Part shown: positions 11,650 through 24,021 of the stretch, piece after piece
Numbering within the stretch: position 1 is the stretch's first letter
Layout of the letters: every line of letters begins with the position of its first letter
Origin: Ginglymostoma cirratum
Lineage: Eukaryota
Direction: 5' to 3'
Length of the DNA: 64,000 bases
Assembly: GCA_024137785.1 (NCBI GenBank)
Contig: JAHRHZ010000109.1
Coordinates: forward strand, 787,659-851,658
Notes under the pieces: model-generated
Seen by the model: the letters and a program-made list of their open reading frames with translations, nothing else
Told to the model about the DNA's origin: nothing
The model's database searches: none
Program-made: the position numbers and the translations under genes

Positions 11650-14250
11650 CGATGTCTGCGTCTCCTGGCTGCTGTTCCAAGCTATGTGGCCTGTCGAAAT
11701 GGGGCCTGATTCTGCACCGCAGTGGATTTATAGGTTTAAGGTGACTGTGTCCCTCCCCACTTCGTGATTGCTGCTGCTGTTCGAAGGAATGCCCTCTAAA
11801 AACTAGACTGAAATCTGCACCAAGCTAGATTCATTGGTTACCTGTTTCTGTGGCGCTCCTCGTCTTCCGTTCCAAGGAAGTACCCTCAAAAGACTAGACC
11901 TGAAACTTCATCATGGTAGATGTATAGGCATACCTTTTGCGGTGCTCCCCACCTGCTAGCTGCTTTTTCATGCTAGGTGCCCTGTAATAACGAGGCCTGA
12001 ATCTGCACTGAACAAGATTTATTGGTTTTCTGGTTATTGTGTCACTCCCCACTTCCCTGCTGGTCCTTCTGGTCCAATAAAGTATCCTGTAAAAGATTAT
12101 AACTGCACAGTGCTTGATTTAGAGTCTTACCAGTTACTATGTCCTTCACACGATCCGGGCACTGCTCCAAGATAAGTGCTGTGTAAAAATTAGGCTTGAA
12201 TCTGCAAAGCATGATTTTCATATGGTCACTGATAACTGTCCCTGCTTCCTTTCTGCTGCTCCAAGCTAAGTGCGTTGTAAAGACTAGGCCTGGTATCACA
12301 CGGCACTAGCTTAATCGTCTTACCGATTAATGTTTTCCACCCCGTCAACTGGCCGCTGCTGCTGCTGCTTCACTGGAGTGCCGTGTAAAGACTAGGCCTG
12401 AATCCACAAGGAGCTAGGTTTATGGGCGTACCAGTTACTGCTTCTGTCTCCACCTACCAACTGCCTTGTCATGAAAGTGCCCTGGAAAAACAAGGTCAAA
12501 TTCGCATGGCACTAGATTCATAGGCTTGCTGGTAACTGTGTGCCTACCTCCCGGCCGCTGCCCCAGGTTAATTGTATGTGTAAATACCAGGCCTGAGCCC
12601 GCAAGACGCCAGATTCATAGGCTTGCCGGTTACTGTGGCCCTTACCATCTCCTGGCTGCCGCTCTAAGCCTAAGTGCCCTGTAAAGAGTCGACCTGAATT
12701 CACACGGCATTGCAATCATCCGCTCACTGGTAACTGTCCCTGTTTCCTGGCTGTTGCTGCAATCTTAGTGCATTGTAATGACTAGGACCAAATCTGCATG
12801 ACGCTACGTTTATAGGCTGACTGGGTTATTGTGGCTCACCCCGCACTTGGCCCCTGCTGCTGCTTCTTGATAGTGCCCGGCAAAGACTAATCCTTAACCT
12901 GCTAAAGGCTAGGTTTACAGGCTTTCCAGTTACTGTGTCTCTCACCACCTCCCGGCCACTGCTCCAAGAGAATGCCCTGTAATGTCTAGACCCGAATCTG
13001 CATGGAACTAAATAGGTCGACTTACCAATTCTTGTGTCCCACCCTGCCTTCCCTCCAGCTGCTGCTGTGCTTCAAGGTAGTGCTCGGCAAAGACTAAGCC
13101 TGAATCCGCACGGCACTAGATTTATTGGCTCACTGGTTACTCTGTCCCTCCCCGGCAACTACTCCAGGCGAAGTGTATTGTAAAGATTAGTTCTGAATCT
13201 GCAATATGTTAGATTTATAGACTTCCCAGTTACAGTGGTCAGTCCCACCTTGCAGCTGCTGCTCCAAGTTAAGTGCCCTGTAAAGACTAGGCCCAAATCC
13301 GCATGGAGCTAGATTTACAGTCTGTCCGTGTGAGTGCGTCCCTCCCCGCCTTCCAGATGCTGCTGCTGATTCCAAGGAAGTGCCCGTTTAGGCTAGGTCA
13401 GAATCTGCACAGCGTAAGATTTATTGGGTTACTAGTTACTGTGTTCTCACCTTCTGACTGTTGCTTCAAGCTCAGTTCTCTATGAAGACTAGGCCTGAAT
13501 ACGCATAGCGCTCGATTCATCGGTTCATTGGTGTCTATGTCCCTACTTCCTGGCTGTTAATCCAGGATAGGTGCATTATAAAGACTAGGGCCAATTCTCC
13601 AAGATGCTACACTTATAGTCTTACAGGTTACTGTGCCCCTCCCCGCCTCCCGGCTGCAGCTCCAAGCAAAGTGCCCTGTTAAGTCTAGACTCGAATCCAC
13701 ATGGCATAATATTAATAGGCTCACTGGTAATTGTCCCCAGTTCCCAGCTGCAGCTGCAATCTAAGTGTTCTGGAAAGGCTAGGCCCAAATCTGCACAGCG
13801 CTATATTTATTGGAATACCGGTTATTGTGTTCTCACCTTCCAAATGCTGCTACAAACTAAGTGCCCAGGAAAGACAAGGCCCAAATCTCTAAGATGACAG
13901 ATTTACAGGCTGATGGGTTATTGTGTTCCTCCACATCTCCCGGCCGCTACTCCGACAAAGTGCCTGTCAAGACTAGGCCCAAATCTGCACAGTGCTAGAT
14001 TTATAGTTGACTGGGTTACTGCATTCCCTCCCTGCCTCCTGGCCATCGCCGCTGCTGCTTCAAGGAAGTTCTGAGTAAGGAGTAAACCTGCATCTGCACG
14101 GCGCTAGATTTACAGGATTACCAGTTACTGTGTACATCCCCACCTCCGGGTTGCTGCTGCTGCTTAAGGAAGTGCCGTGTTAAGTCTAGGTCCGAATCTG
14201 CACAATACTAGATTTATAGGCTTATCAGTTACTCTGTCCCACCCTAGCCC
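11650..14250. repeat. Degenerate tandem array, unit about 93-110 bp, about 26 copies
   Basis: Recurring consensus aagactaggcctgaatctgcacggcactagatttataggcttaccagttactgtgtccctccccgcctcccggctgctgctccaagctaagtgccctgta. Confidence 0.92.
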
Positions 14251-14599
14251 CTGCGAAAGATAGAACACAGAGGTTGATACCTCAGAATCAAATTGATGAC
14301 ACGTACAGACACGATGGGCTGAAGGGCATCTCTGCATTGTGAAACTCAATAACTCTCTCTATCTGTCCTTCACTGTCTCCATCTATCTCCGTCTCCCGCT
14401 TTCTCTCTCTCTCCGTATACATACCTGCACAGTTTATTTCATGGCATAGACAGCAAAACATAGAATGTGTTAGGGCACTGTTAATGCTCTATAATATAGT
14501 ACACTCTGTCCTTTACTTCTCTAAAGAGATGTTATAATATCTATCCAAATGACTGTTATCCCACAGTGACAAAATCTCTCTGCACACCAACATTTAGAA

Positions 14600-14819
14600 G
14601 GTAGTAGGAACTGCAGATGCTGAAGAATCTGAGATAACAAGGTGTAGATCTGGATGAACACATCAGGCCAGGCAGCATCAGAGGAGCAGGAAATCTGACG
14701 TGTCGGTTCTAGACCCTTCTTCAGAAATGAAGAATTATCTAGGCTCGATACGTCAGCTTTCCAGCTCCTCTGATGCTGCTTTGCCTGCTGTGTTCATCCA
14801 GCTCTACTCCTTGTTATCT
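14600..14819. mobile_element. Palindromic non-autonomous Penelope-tail element (about 90-bp arms)
   Basis: agataacaaggtgtag...cttcttca|gaaa|tgaagaa...ctactccttgttatct; both arms match the 3' end of the 43-46 kb element. Confidence 0.85.
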
Positions 14820-14939
14820 AACGTTCAGCGGGTTCTGATTCACTTATTGTTCCAAGTGAAGTGATTCCCTCTTCACCAAATTGTATTCCATCTATGACTT
14901 CTTTGCTCACTCAGTTAACCTGTCCATATCTGCTTACAG

Positions 14940-15495
14940 TGATAGTAGGAACTGCAGGTGCTGGAGAATCTGAGATAACAAGGTATAGAGCTGAATGAAC
15001 ACAGCNNNNNNNNNNNNNNNNNNNNNNNNNNNNNNNNNNNNNNNNNNNNNNNNNNNNNNNNNNNNNNNNNNNNNNNNNNNNNNNNNNNNNNNNNNNNNNN
15101 NNNNNNNNNNNNNNNNNNNNNNNNNNNNNNNNNNNNNNNNNNNNNNNNNNNNNNNNNNNNNNNNNNNNNNNNNNNNNNNNNNNNNNNNNNNNNNNNNNNN
15201 NNNNNNNNNNNNNNNNNNNNNNNNNNNNNNNNNNNNNNNNNNNNNNNNNNNNNNNNNNNNNNNNNNNNNNNNNNNNNNNNNNNNNNNNNNNNNNNNNNNN
15301 NNNNNNNNNNNNNNNNNNNNNNNNNNNNNNNNNNNNNNNNNNNNNNNNNNNNNNNNNNNNNNNNNNNNNNNNNNNNNNNNNNNNNNNNNNNNNNNNNNNN
15401 NNNNNTAAGAAGTGTCTAGGCCCTAAACGTCAAGCTCTCCTGCTCCTCTGATGCTGCTTCGCCTGCTGTGTTCATCCCTCTACACCTTGTTATCG
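14940..15495. mobile_element. Second foldback Penelope-tail element, with its centre in an assembly gap
   Basis: Left arm 14940-15005 and inverted right arm 15406-15495 flank 400 N. Confidence 0.7.
15006..15405. other. Assembly gap
   Basis: Run of N. Confidence 1.
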
Positions 15496-16079
15496 CATAT
15501 ATGCTTACAGCCTGTTTATGTCTTCTGAGCTTCTCTTGCAAGCTAACCATTTACTTTTTGCGCAATATGGATTTGTGGTTTGAATTCTTTTCAGATGTGA
15601 CCAGATGCAGGGGAATTCCAGCAGTTTGGAGAAATAAATAAACACGTGGCAGTTAACAGATACAGAGTTAGGGTTCCTCGAAATAATCAATATCAAACAC
15701 TGACTCCCAGGACAAGTTCAGCACAGGGTTTGATGCTACAGAATCAAAATATCACTGGCCCTACATTCTGAATAGGTGCGAAGCTAACCAACAAATTTCA
15801 CAACACATTCCCTTTTTTTGATAATCTCTGTTCTGTTCCGATTCACTGTTAGATTCCTGTTTTTAACATCCACATGAACAAACATAGGAATCCCATGTGC
15901 CATAGCCTGATACCCAACACAATATTTGATTCCAGTGTGGTATGTGATGTAGGAGTCTTTCAGTGTCGAGGGGACGACTGTCTTGAGTATGACTCAGTTA
16001 TGTGAATGTCTTAGGATAAAATGACATCCCGGGATTGTTTAATTGAGCTTCAATGTTTGGAAAAAACAATATTTTTTTG

Positions 16080-16232
16080 NNNNNNNNNNNNNNNNNNNNN
16101 NNNNNNNNNNNNNNNNNNNNNNNNNNNNNNNNNNNNNNNNNNNNNNNNNNNNNNNNNNNNNNNNNNNNNNNNNNNNNNNNNNNNNNNNNNNNNNNNNNNN
16201 NNNNNNNNNNNNNNNNNNNNNNNNNNNNNNNN
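16080..16232. other. Assembly gap
   Basis: Run of N. Confidence 1.
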
Positions 16233-16749
16233 TGAGATACAAGTTTCTTTACTCTCGTTTTTATTCGTAACCATTACGTCTGGGTCCTTGTACAAAAATC
16301 ACAGAAGGCTATTGTGGCTTTGCCAAATTTGGAAGGACAACTGATAGGTTTCCACTTAATACCAAGGCTAAGAACGTGAGGATGTCTTGCTGTGATTGTA
16401 CATGTGTTTTGGGTGGAAAATGGACACCACGAACAAACACAAAAAAGCTAGCAGATATATGTGGTAACTTACAAGTATTTTGGGAGAGAGAGGGTAGAGA
16501 GAAATAGACACACACATATATACTGATTGAGGGACAGAGAGAGACACAAGGATATTTTGATCTCCAAGAGGTGTCAATTCACGTAAATCTGAGATTTTAA
16601 AAATTAAGTCAGAAAGTAAATTGTGAAGAGGAAATAAGGAATCTGCAAATTGTGGGATTTATAGTCACAACAGCTTCTGGCCCCATTCCTTGGTACTGTT
16701 TCCTGAAACTGTTCAGACTCTACACCAGCAACTCCCTTTAACCCCACTC

Positions 16750-19215
16750 ATACTCTTTTCCCATGACAACAGTGCCCTGTCAATATCTCACACTGGCGAC
16801 CTGACATCAGTTTCCAAGACTGCTCACATCGGATTTATTTGAAAATTGACTCTCATTCTCTCCCTGCTCTGTTCCCTAAGAAACAAACTCCAGTTTCACT
16901 CCCATCCTATTCCTGATCAACTGTCTCACTTCCCATACCCACTCTGTTCTCAGAGAAACTGCCGCTGGCTCCATTATCCAAGTATCCCACTCTATTGCCT
17001 TAGCACCAACTTGAGGTCCAATCCCACAATATTTCCTAACAATGCCTGCTGCCTGAACCCCACTCTATTGCCCTAGCAAAGGCTATGGTCCTACTCACAC
17101 ACTGTGCCCCTGGCAACAATCTGCTGCCCCTCTCCCGCCACAGCTGTGAGAGTAACTGCCAGCAACGCAACACACACTTAGCAGAGGCCAATGGACCCAC
17201 CCCAACTCTGTTCATTAGCAATGGCCTGCCACACATAGACTTGTTCCCTCGCAATGGCCTCTGGCCTCACCCTACACTGTTTCCTTAGCAACAGCTTGTA
17301 GTCTCACTCCGAATATGCTTCCTTAACAATGATATTCAGCCTCACCCAACAATGGACACTCGACCCAACCAACACTCTGATCCCCTAGTAATGATCTACT
17401 GCAATACCCCCAGCTTACTTCTTTAACAAAAGGCTGTGTCCCAGTCGCCATTTTGTTACCTAGCAATGCCTGCATCCTCAACCCCACACTGTTCCCTTCG
17501 TAACAGCTTGTGGATACAAGCTCACTCTGTACCTCAAGCAACTACCTGCGCCCCCAACTCCACACTTATCGTCCAGTGAGGACCTGTGGTCCCACCTTCA
17601 CTCTGTTCCCTTAGCACCTGCCAGTGGTCCCATATCCAATCTGCTTCCCAAGTCTGTTCCCCGAGCTACAACATGCTCCTTCACTCCACAGTTTTGCCAT
17701 GGAAAAGTCCTGTGATCCCACTCTGACTCTATTGCCCTGACAAAGGCACGTGGCTTCACACCCACGTGTTTCCCCGAACAATGGTCTGCAGCATCAGGTC
17801 TCACTCTTTTCCCCTAACAAAGGCCAATTGCCCCACCCCGACTCTGTTCCCCGAATGCCCTATGGATCCTCAGTAACTCTATTGTCCGAGCAGTGACGTC
17901 TAGTCCCAACTTCAACTTGTTCCCCAAAAACGGTCTGTGATTCCACTCTCTCCCTGATACCCTAGCAATGGCATGCTCATCCACCCCCAATCTGTTCTTC
18001 TAGCAAAGGCCTGGTGACCCACAACCAATCTGTTCCTCTTGGATTGGCCTATAAAACTACACCCACTCATTTTGCTAGCAAAAGCCTGTTTTCCTACTCA
18101 AATATTGTTTCCCTGGCAACAGCCTGTGACCCATCTCCACTCTGTAGCCTAAGTAAAGGACATTGATCACCCCCAGTACTGCTTCTAGCAATCTCTAGAT
18201 ATTGTGCCTTCACTCTGTTCCCTAGCAAAAACAAGTGTCCCTGCCCCCATTCCTCTCCTAGCAATGGCCGGTAGCTCCACACCCATACTCTTTCCCGGCA
18301 ATGGTCTGTTGTCCAACAACCGCTTCCCTCCCCCTTAGCAATACCCTGCAGTCTCATTGCCACGCTGTTCATCTAGCAATGGCCTGCGGCCGCAGGAATA
18401 CTCTCTTTCAATGGCCGTGTGCGCAAATGCACACTGTGCTCCTAGAATAGTCAGTTTGCGCACCTCCTATGATTCCCAATCAACAACTTGCGGCCCCACT
18501 CCCACACTGTTCCCATAAAAATGGCCAGTGTTTCGACCTTCAATCTGTTTCGAAGTGAAGGTCTGCAGATGCATACCCGCTCTGTTCCCCTGGCAATGTT
18601 CTCCGGTCCCAACCACGCTCTGATTCCCAACAACAGCCTACAGTCACACACACTCTCTGTTCCATATCAGTACCCTGTGGTCCTACTCCCACTCTGTTCC
18701 GCTAGTTTCGGGAGGTATCACCACCACCACTCTGTTCCCCTAGCAATGGGGAGTTATCTTCTCTCCAGTCTGCTCCCTAGCAATGGCCTGCGGACAAAAC
18801 ACCACTCTGTAAACCTAGCAAGGGCCGATGGTACCCACAACCACTTAGCTCCCCTAGCTATCCCATGGGTCCTATCTTGCACTGTTCCCTGAGCAATGTC
18901 CGTGAACATATGCCCACTCTGTTCCCCAGCAAAGCTCTGTGCTCCCTGCGCCAGTCAGTGCCCTGAACAGTGGACAGTGGTCCCACTCCCACACTTTTCT
19001 CCTAGCAACAGTCAGTGTCTCAAATACACTTTTACCCAGAAACTGCCTGTGGACATCTTCCACACTGTTCCTGATCATTGGCCTGCTGCCATACTCCTAC
19101 TGTGTTTCTGAGCCAATGGCCTGTTTCTTGAGTAATGCCCAATGGCCTGCAATCCACACTTTTCTCCGAATAACGGCCTGTGGGCCCAATGCAATCTATT
19201 ACTTGAGCAAAGGCC
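16750..19215. repeat. Degenerate minisatellite, unit about 36-38 bp, roughly 60-65 copies
   Basis: Consensus approximately cccacactctgttcccctagcaatggcctgtggtcccact; it ends about 420 bp from the stop codon of the minus-strand GPCR. Confidence 0.92.
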
Positions 19216-19633
19216 TATTGGAATCTGCAAGGACTACGGTGGTTCAAGAAGACGTCTCACCACCACCTAGGTAGGTTGAATGAGAAGGAGCGTGAGAGGG
19301 ACACTGAAAGAGAGTGAGAAAATTACAAGGAAGTCACTGGAAGAGATAGAAGGAACGAGGGAAGTTTCCAGTGTGAGGGGAGAATGGGTGGGAGGCAGAT
19401 ATGAAGTGAAAGGTTGGCATCTGTGTCACCAGAGATGAAAACAAGGACAGAGTGACTTAAACCCAACTCCTGAGCTTGGCACCTGTCCCCTTCCTTTCCC
19501 TGTGGTACCAAACTTAGGGCAGAGTCTGCGTCTCTCCAGTTTAGTTTCTTCAAAAAATAAAAAAAGAAAATATGGTTTGCTTGGCACTTCTTTTGTTATG
19601 AATATGAGAAAATCCTGGATGGATTTCATTTGC

Positions 19634-20541
19634 TTAACGAGTGAATTTGATTGATAGTTGCATTTGGGTAAAGGGAGATTTCAGGCCATTCCTCAGCTGC
19701 TGTCTGAACTTAGTCTGGGTCACCGCATAAATCCCGGCGTTTGTTCAGCAACTGAGGAGCTGCAGCATGAAACCTATTTCCTGCACAAACCAATCTAGAT
19801 ACACAGAATGATGAAAATTATTCCACATCCGGAACCATATAGAAAATAACATTAACGTTGACCATAACAGGATGAAATTGGCCGAGATCACAAACAGTAA
19901 AATGACGGATTTTTTTCGATTTTGCATTTCTGTATCACACTGAACATCCCCATTGGTGTGAGCTCGGAGTCTCCTGCGTGCACTGCTGGTAAGGAAAATG
20001 TGTCTGACGGTGAAAACATTGAGCAGCTGAATCAGGAGAAATGGGAGAGCCGGGGTTAGAATGTGATGGAGGAACTTGATTGTGACCCAGATATGAGAGT
20101 CACGGACATCGTTTGTTCCATCACAAAACCAGGGTGTGTTCAGCAGCAAATAGCGAGCTGTGAGCATAAAATACAAGAAAATGTTCTTTAAACAGCTCAG
20201 CACAGTCACTGTTCCCAGAACTACAGTCGCTGTTTTCTCACTGCAATATTTACTTTTCAGTTCATGGCAACAAATGGCCACAAATCGATAAAATGTGAAA
20301 GTGACGGTGAACCGGACAGAACAGTCAGTATCTGCATAGAGCAGGATGGCATGAATATTTCACACATGCATGTACCACAGGAAATAAAACTGTGTCCGAT
20401 AAACAATGGGAATGTGTCTCAATATCAGGTCGAGGAGAATGACCAGTAGATCCGCCACTGCCATGGCCCCCAGGTAACGTCTGACACATAGGGACAATCC
20501 ACAATCTTTATAAAGTAGGATGAATGTTGTCACTATGTTAA
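19634..20541 (-). pseudogene. Paralogous GPCR second exon, frame intact but with two in-frame TGA codons (probable pseudogene)
   Basis: Acceptor tttgctttctttcttcacag|tt aac ata (phase 1). One frame reads (V)NIVTTFILLYKDCGLS..YLGAMAVADLL..HV*NIH..TFYRFVAICC..PALPFLL..RKKSVILLFVISANF..LQLLSC*TNAGIYAVTQTKFR..FTR-TAA. TGA at 20360-20362 and 19745-19747; FDRF has become FYRF and VW has become VR. Confidence 0.88.
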
Positions 20542-21104
20542 CTGTGAAGAAAGAAAGCAAACAAATTATACATCAACCTGGATTTAATGTTACCCATTAA
20601 TTGAGGACCGAGTGAAATTTTGAAATGTGTCCCTGTATTTAGAGATTTATTGAAATAATTGTAGCTGAAATACCAAATAGTAAGTTCTGAATTGCTGACA
20701 AAAATGTGAAGTAAAACATAAGAATATCTCCCTCTCCAAACACACATACATACGTACATAAGAACAGATAATTTCTAGAAATATTCCAACGCACTCGATC
20801 ACTCGAGAGCAGCCACAGGTCACTTTTTTTATAGTTACTAATGTGAAGGGTGAAATCATTGCCGTCCTGAAGGACTCTGTCCCAGTTCCTTGAAGACGAA
20901 CGGAGATGGAACATTTCTGCCTTGGTCGTAAATTGTGTTCGATGCTCTGAAGTGAAATATAAACATATGGAAAATATATTCACCCCTTTAACTGCCTGAG
21001 TGGATTTCGAAACAGTGTCTCCTTCTTCCTGGAACGAGATCTCTTCCCTCAAGATCTTACCTTTTTCTCAATTAACTGATACCTGGCCGTTCGTAGATAT
21101 TCTC

Positions 21105-21365
21105 AGGTATAGAATGTTCAGGAAAATGTCAATTATATAGTGTTCCGGGGAATGTCAGTTATAGAATAAATGGGGAATGTCGGTTATGGAAATGTTCAAA
21201 ATAATGTTGGTTATAGAATGTTCTAGATATTGTCAATTATATAATGTTCTGAGGAATGTCGGTTCTGTGATGATCTGGGAAATGTTCATTCTCGGATGTT
21301 CTGGAGATTCCACTTCTCGAATGTTCTGCATGATGTTGCTTATAGAATGTTCCACGTGATGTTCC
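21105..21365. repeat. Degenerate 26-bp minisatellite, about 10 copies
   Basis: Units atagaatgttcaggaaaatgtcaatt / atatagtgttccggggaatgtcagtt / atagaatgttctagatattgtcaatt / atataatgttctgaggaatgtcggtt etc. Confidence 0.85.
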
Positions 21366-22119
21366 AAACAATTCCCAGGATCAGGAAAAGGCCAGTTTGA
21401 CCCAGTTTATGATAGATAAAGATGGGCAGAGTCATTTCTGTTTCAGAAACACGGGGGCATATAAAGCAGGTGCGTCATGGGAATATTCAATTCTTTCAAA
21501 CCTACTCCATCATTCAATACGGTTGTTGCTGCTTTGGTTGTGCCCTGAGATCTTTGTAACACGAACTTTCCGTCATTCAAGCCCCTGAGTTCCTGTCACT
21601 GACTGGATGAAACTCAGGCACTTTTTATGCTGATTTTCTTCGAGTTGACTTTCGGTAGACATTTCCAAACTGACGGACTCTCCAAACAATGCATTGCATC
21701 AGATTTAAACATTAATCTTATTTTAAGAATATCTTGCACGTTGTAATGAAAAATATACACTCGTTTTATCGGTATCAAGATTCAATTACCATTCAGAGAT
21801 GTGTTATGTAATTTGACTCACCTATTGCATTTAACCAATGATAACATTTCCTCCCTTGTTTCATTATAAGATTGACCAATGACAACAATCTGATCGATGA
21901 AATCCTGCAGTTTCGAAGGAGAAGCTGAAATCAGATCCAATAGTACTGTTGACTAAAGGGAGTGAGAAATCATGGCAGACGAGCTGTTCAGAGTTCATTG
22001 GAAGGAGAGACGAGCAGGAAAGATGTGGTGTAGCATTTGTTTCATAGCTGACACTCTTATGAAACAATTTACCTACTGCAACTCCCAGTATGCTTGCACA
22101 TTCTTCCTTTTCAGTCAAT

Positions 22120-23640
22120 AATCAGTGCTTGTTAGAATGAAACTACTTCCATTGCAGTCTTCAGGAGAACATTTCAGATTGCAAACTATAATTACAAGAT
22201 AACATGTCTTCTTATGTCACTAATGCTTCTTTTGACAATTTTCCTAAGCCTGTGGCCTTTTGATCTTGATCCTTCCAACAATTGAAAAGTATTTCTCTCT
22301 ATCTACTTTGTCCATGCCCCTCAGGATTTTGAGGGCCACCATCAAATCTACTATTTTCTTCCACTTCTCCAAGCAATACAGCCTCAACTTTGCAATCTAT
22401 CAACATCACTGAAGTTAAAATAAGTGCACAGCTCAATGCATATGGGAAATGAAGGTAGAGCAGAATCCTCAGATTTGGATCCCATGTGTTACTGCACAGC
22501 AGGCTGCTCCCTCGGTTCCAATAATCAGACCAGACTGGGAGCACTGTGCACAGGTCTGGTCTGTGCATTGCAAGTGAAGATATGACAGAGATTGCAACGA
22601 AGGCCTTAAAGGATGACACTAAAAACTGGGAGATTCTAACTTTTCATAAATGACTGAACGGTTTGGGGCACGTTCCTCCAGAAAAGACAAAACTGAGAAG
22701 TGAATAAAAATGTACTTTAAAACTAATAGGTGAATTGGCTAGGCAGATGCAGAGAAGGTGTTTTTTCACTTGTGGTGGAGTAGGTTCTACTAATGATTTG
22801 CAGTCCTCAATACAAGCATTGAGCGAATCACAAGAAAGGGCTTTACACACAGAGTGGCCAGAAAGTGGAGCTTGCTCCTACATGGAGCAGAGGACGCAGA
22901 TTTCACACATACATAACCAGTAAGGACTTAATGGTGCCAAAAGTATCCCTCCTGCTCGAATAACGCTCGACGTTTGACATGGAAGCTCTACAAGTGCCTG
23001 AAGATAAACGAATAGGATATGCTGTTCGTTTTATATGAAATGGATGTGAGGAGGAGCACATGGAACATGAGAAGCAGCACAGACCAAAGAGAAAAATGGA
23101 CCGTCTCTATGCTGTACATCCCATGGAGCAAGTCTGCAACATGGTATGTGAGGCACGAACTTAGCCAGCTGAGTGATTACCACACAAGTATTAGATAGAG
23201 CAGCAGCAGCAAGGTCGTCTGGAAGTCAAACGCAAATCACTTCTCATTAAACATTCAACAATTTTAGGAATTTTATTGTGCAGTGTGAAATGCAATATGC
23301 TCTGGTCACAGTTTCCAAATGTTCCTTTACAACAATGTCTTCAATTAGTACTTCTGACCGCACATCACCAATTCCAATCTCGACTGATCCCGATCTTGGT
23401 GCTGAACATACTGTTAAAGCAAACCATCCAATTTACCGGTAAGAAATCAGTTTTTTTCTGAGCATGAGTGTTCACTTAGGTTAATGCAGATTAGATCCAA
23501 CATAAATTCGTCCATTATTAATTCAGTACCTACAAACTGATGTATCAAATTTCCATGTTTTCTAACATGGCCAACATTTGTATTGCAGTTTTGATTTTGA
23601 CAGATAATCGCAGTCAATGTTTGCTTCTCCTTGCTGATTC
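22120..23640. mobile_element. Patchwork of old CR1 3' fragments in both orientations
   Basis: Weak matches to the CR1 3' end (ccctcaggattttgagggccaccatcaaatc; cagaccagactgggagcactgtgcacaggtctgg). Confidence 0.5.
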
Positions 23641-24021
23641 TAAGCTCCACTTTACTACATTTGGTGAAATGTGAGCAATATGGGCTTTAGGGAGATTCAT
23701 GACAAAATCAGGCGAGATATTTAGCGAGGCTTGTTTCGACATTACGATCATATCTGTACATCTTGTATGTTATTCTCTAGCTTCACTGTGAAAGTTAGAC
23801 AGGATCTCCTGTTATTCTGGTGAAGTAGAGAAGGGCAATGATCTTTGAAGAACGAATTGCATTCCTCCAGACAACGGAGACTGCTCTAATCTGGGTGGGA
23901 TCCTTCGAACAGGCTCGCAAAGTGTTGCTGCCGCAGTATGGGATCTTAGTGCGCTCACATATGTGTACAAGTTAATCTGCTCTAAGGTTTTGGAGTAGAT
24001 CAATAGCTCGGGTTGTGAGTG

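Noticed and set aside
14995-16344. ORFs containing long X runs (also 40230-40598)
   Set aside because: Artefacts of N gaps.
11650-19215. Tandem arrays as CRISPR-like repeat-spacer loci
   Set aside because: The whole units are mutually homologous and degenerate, there are no unique spacers or cas genes, and the context is vertebrate.
19400-19633. SECIS element directly after the stop codon
   Set aside because: ATGA is present but lacks the correctly spaced AA loop and the pairing GA; only a short gaaatcc/ggattttc hairpin is visible by eye.
20639-21052. 137-aa minus-strand ORF just upstream of exon 2 as an extra exon
   Set aside because: Non-ATG start, no TM1 or YYP motif, and no recognisable homology.
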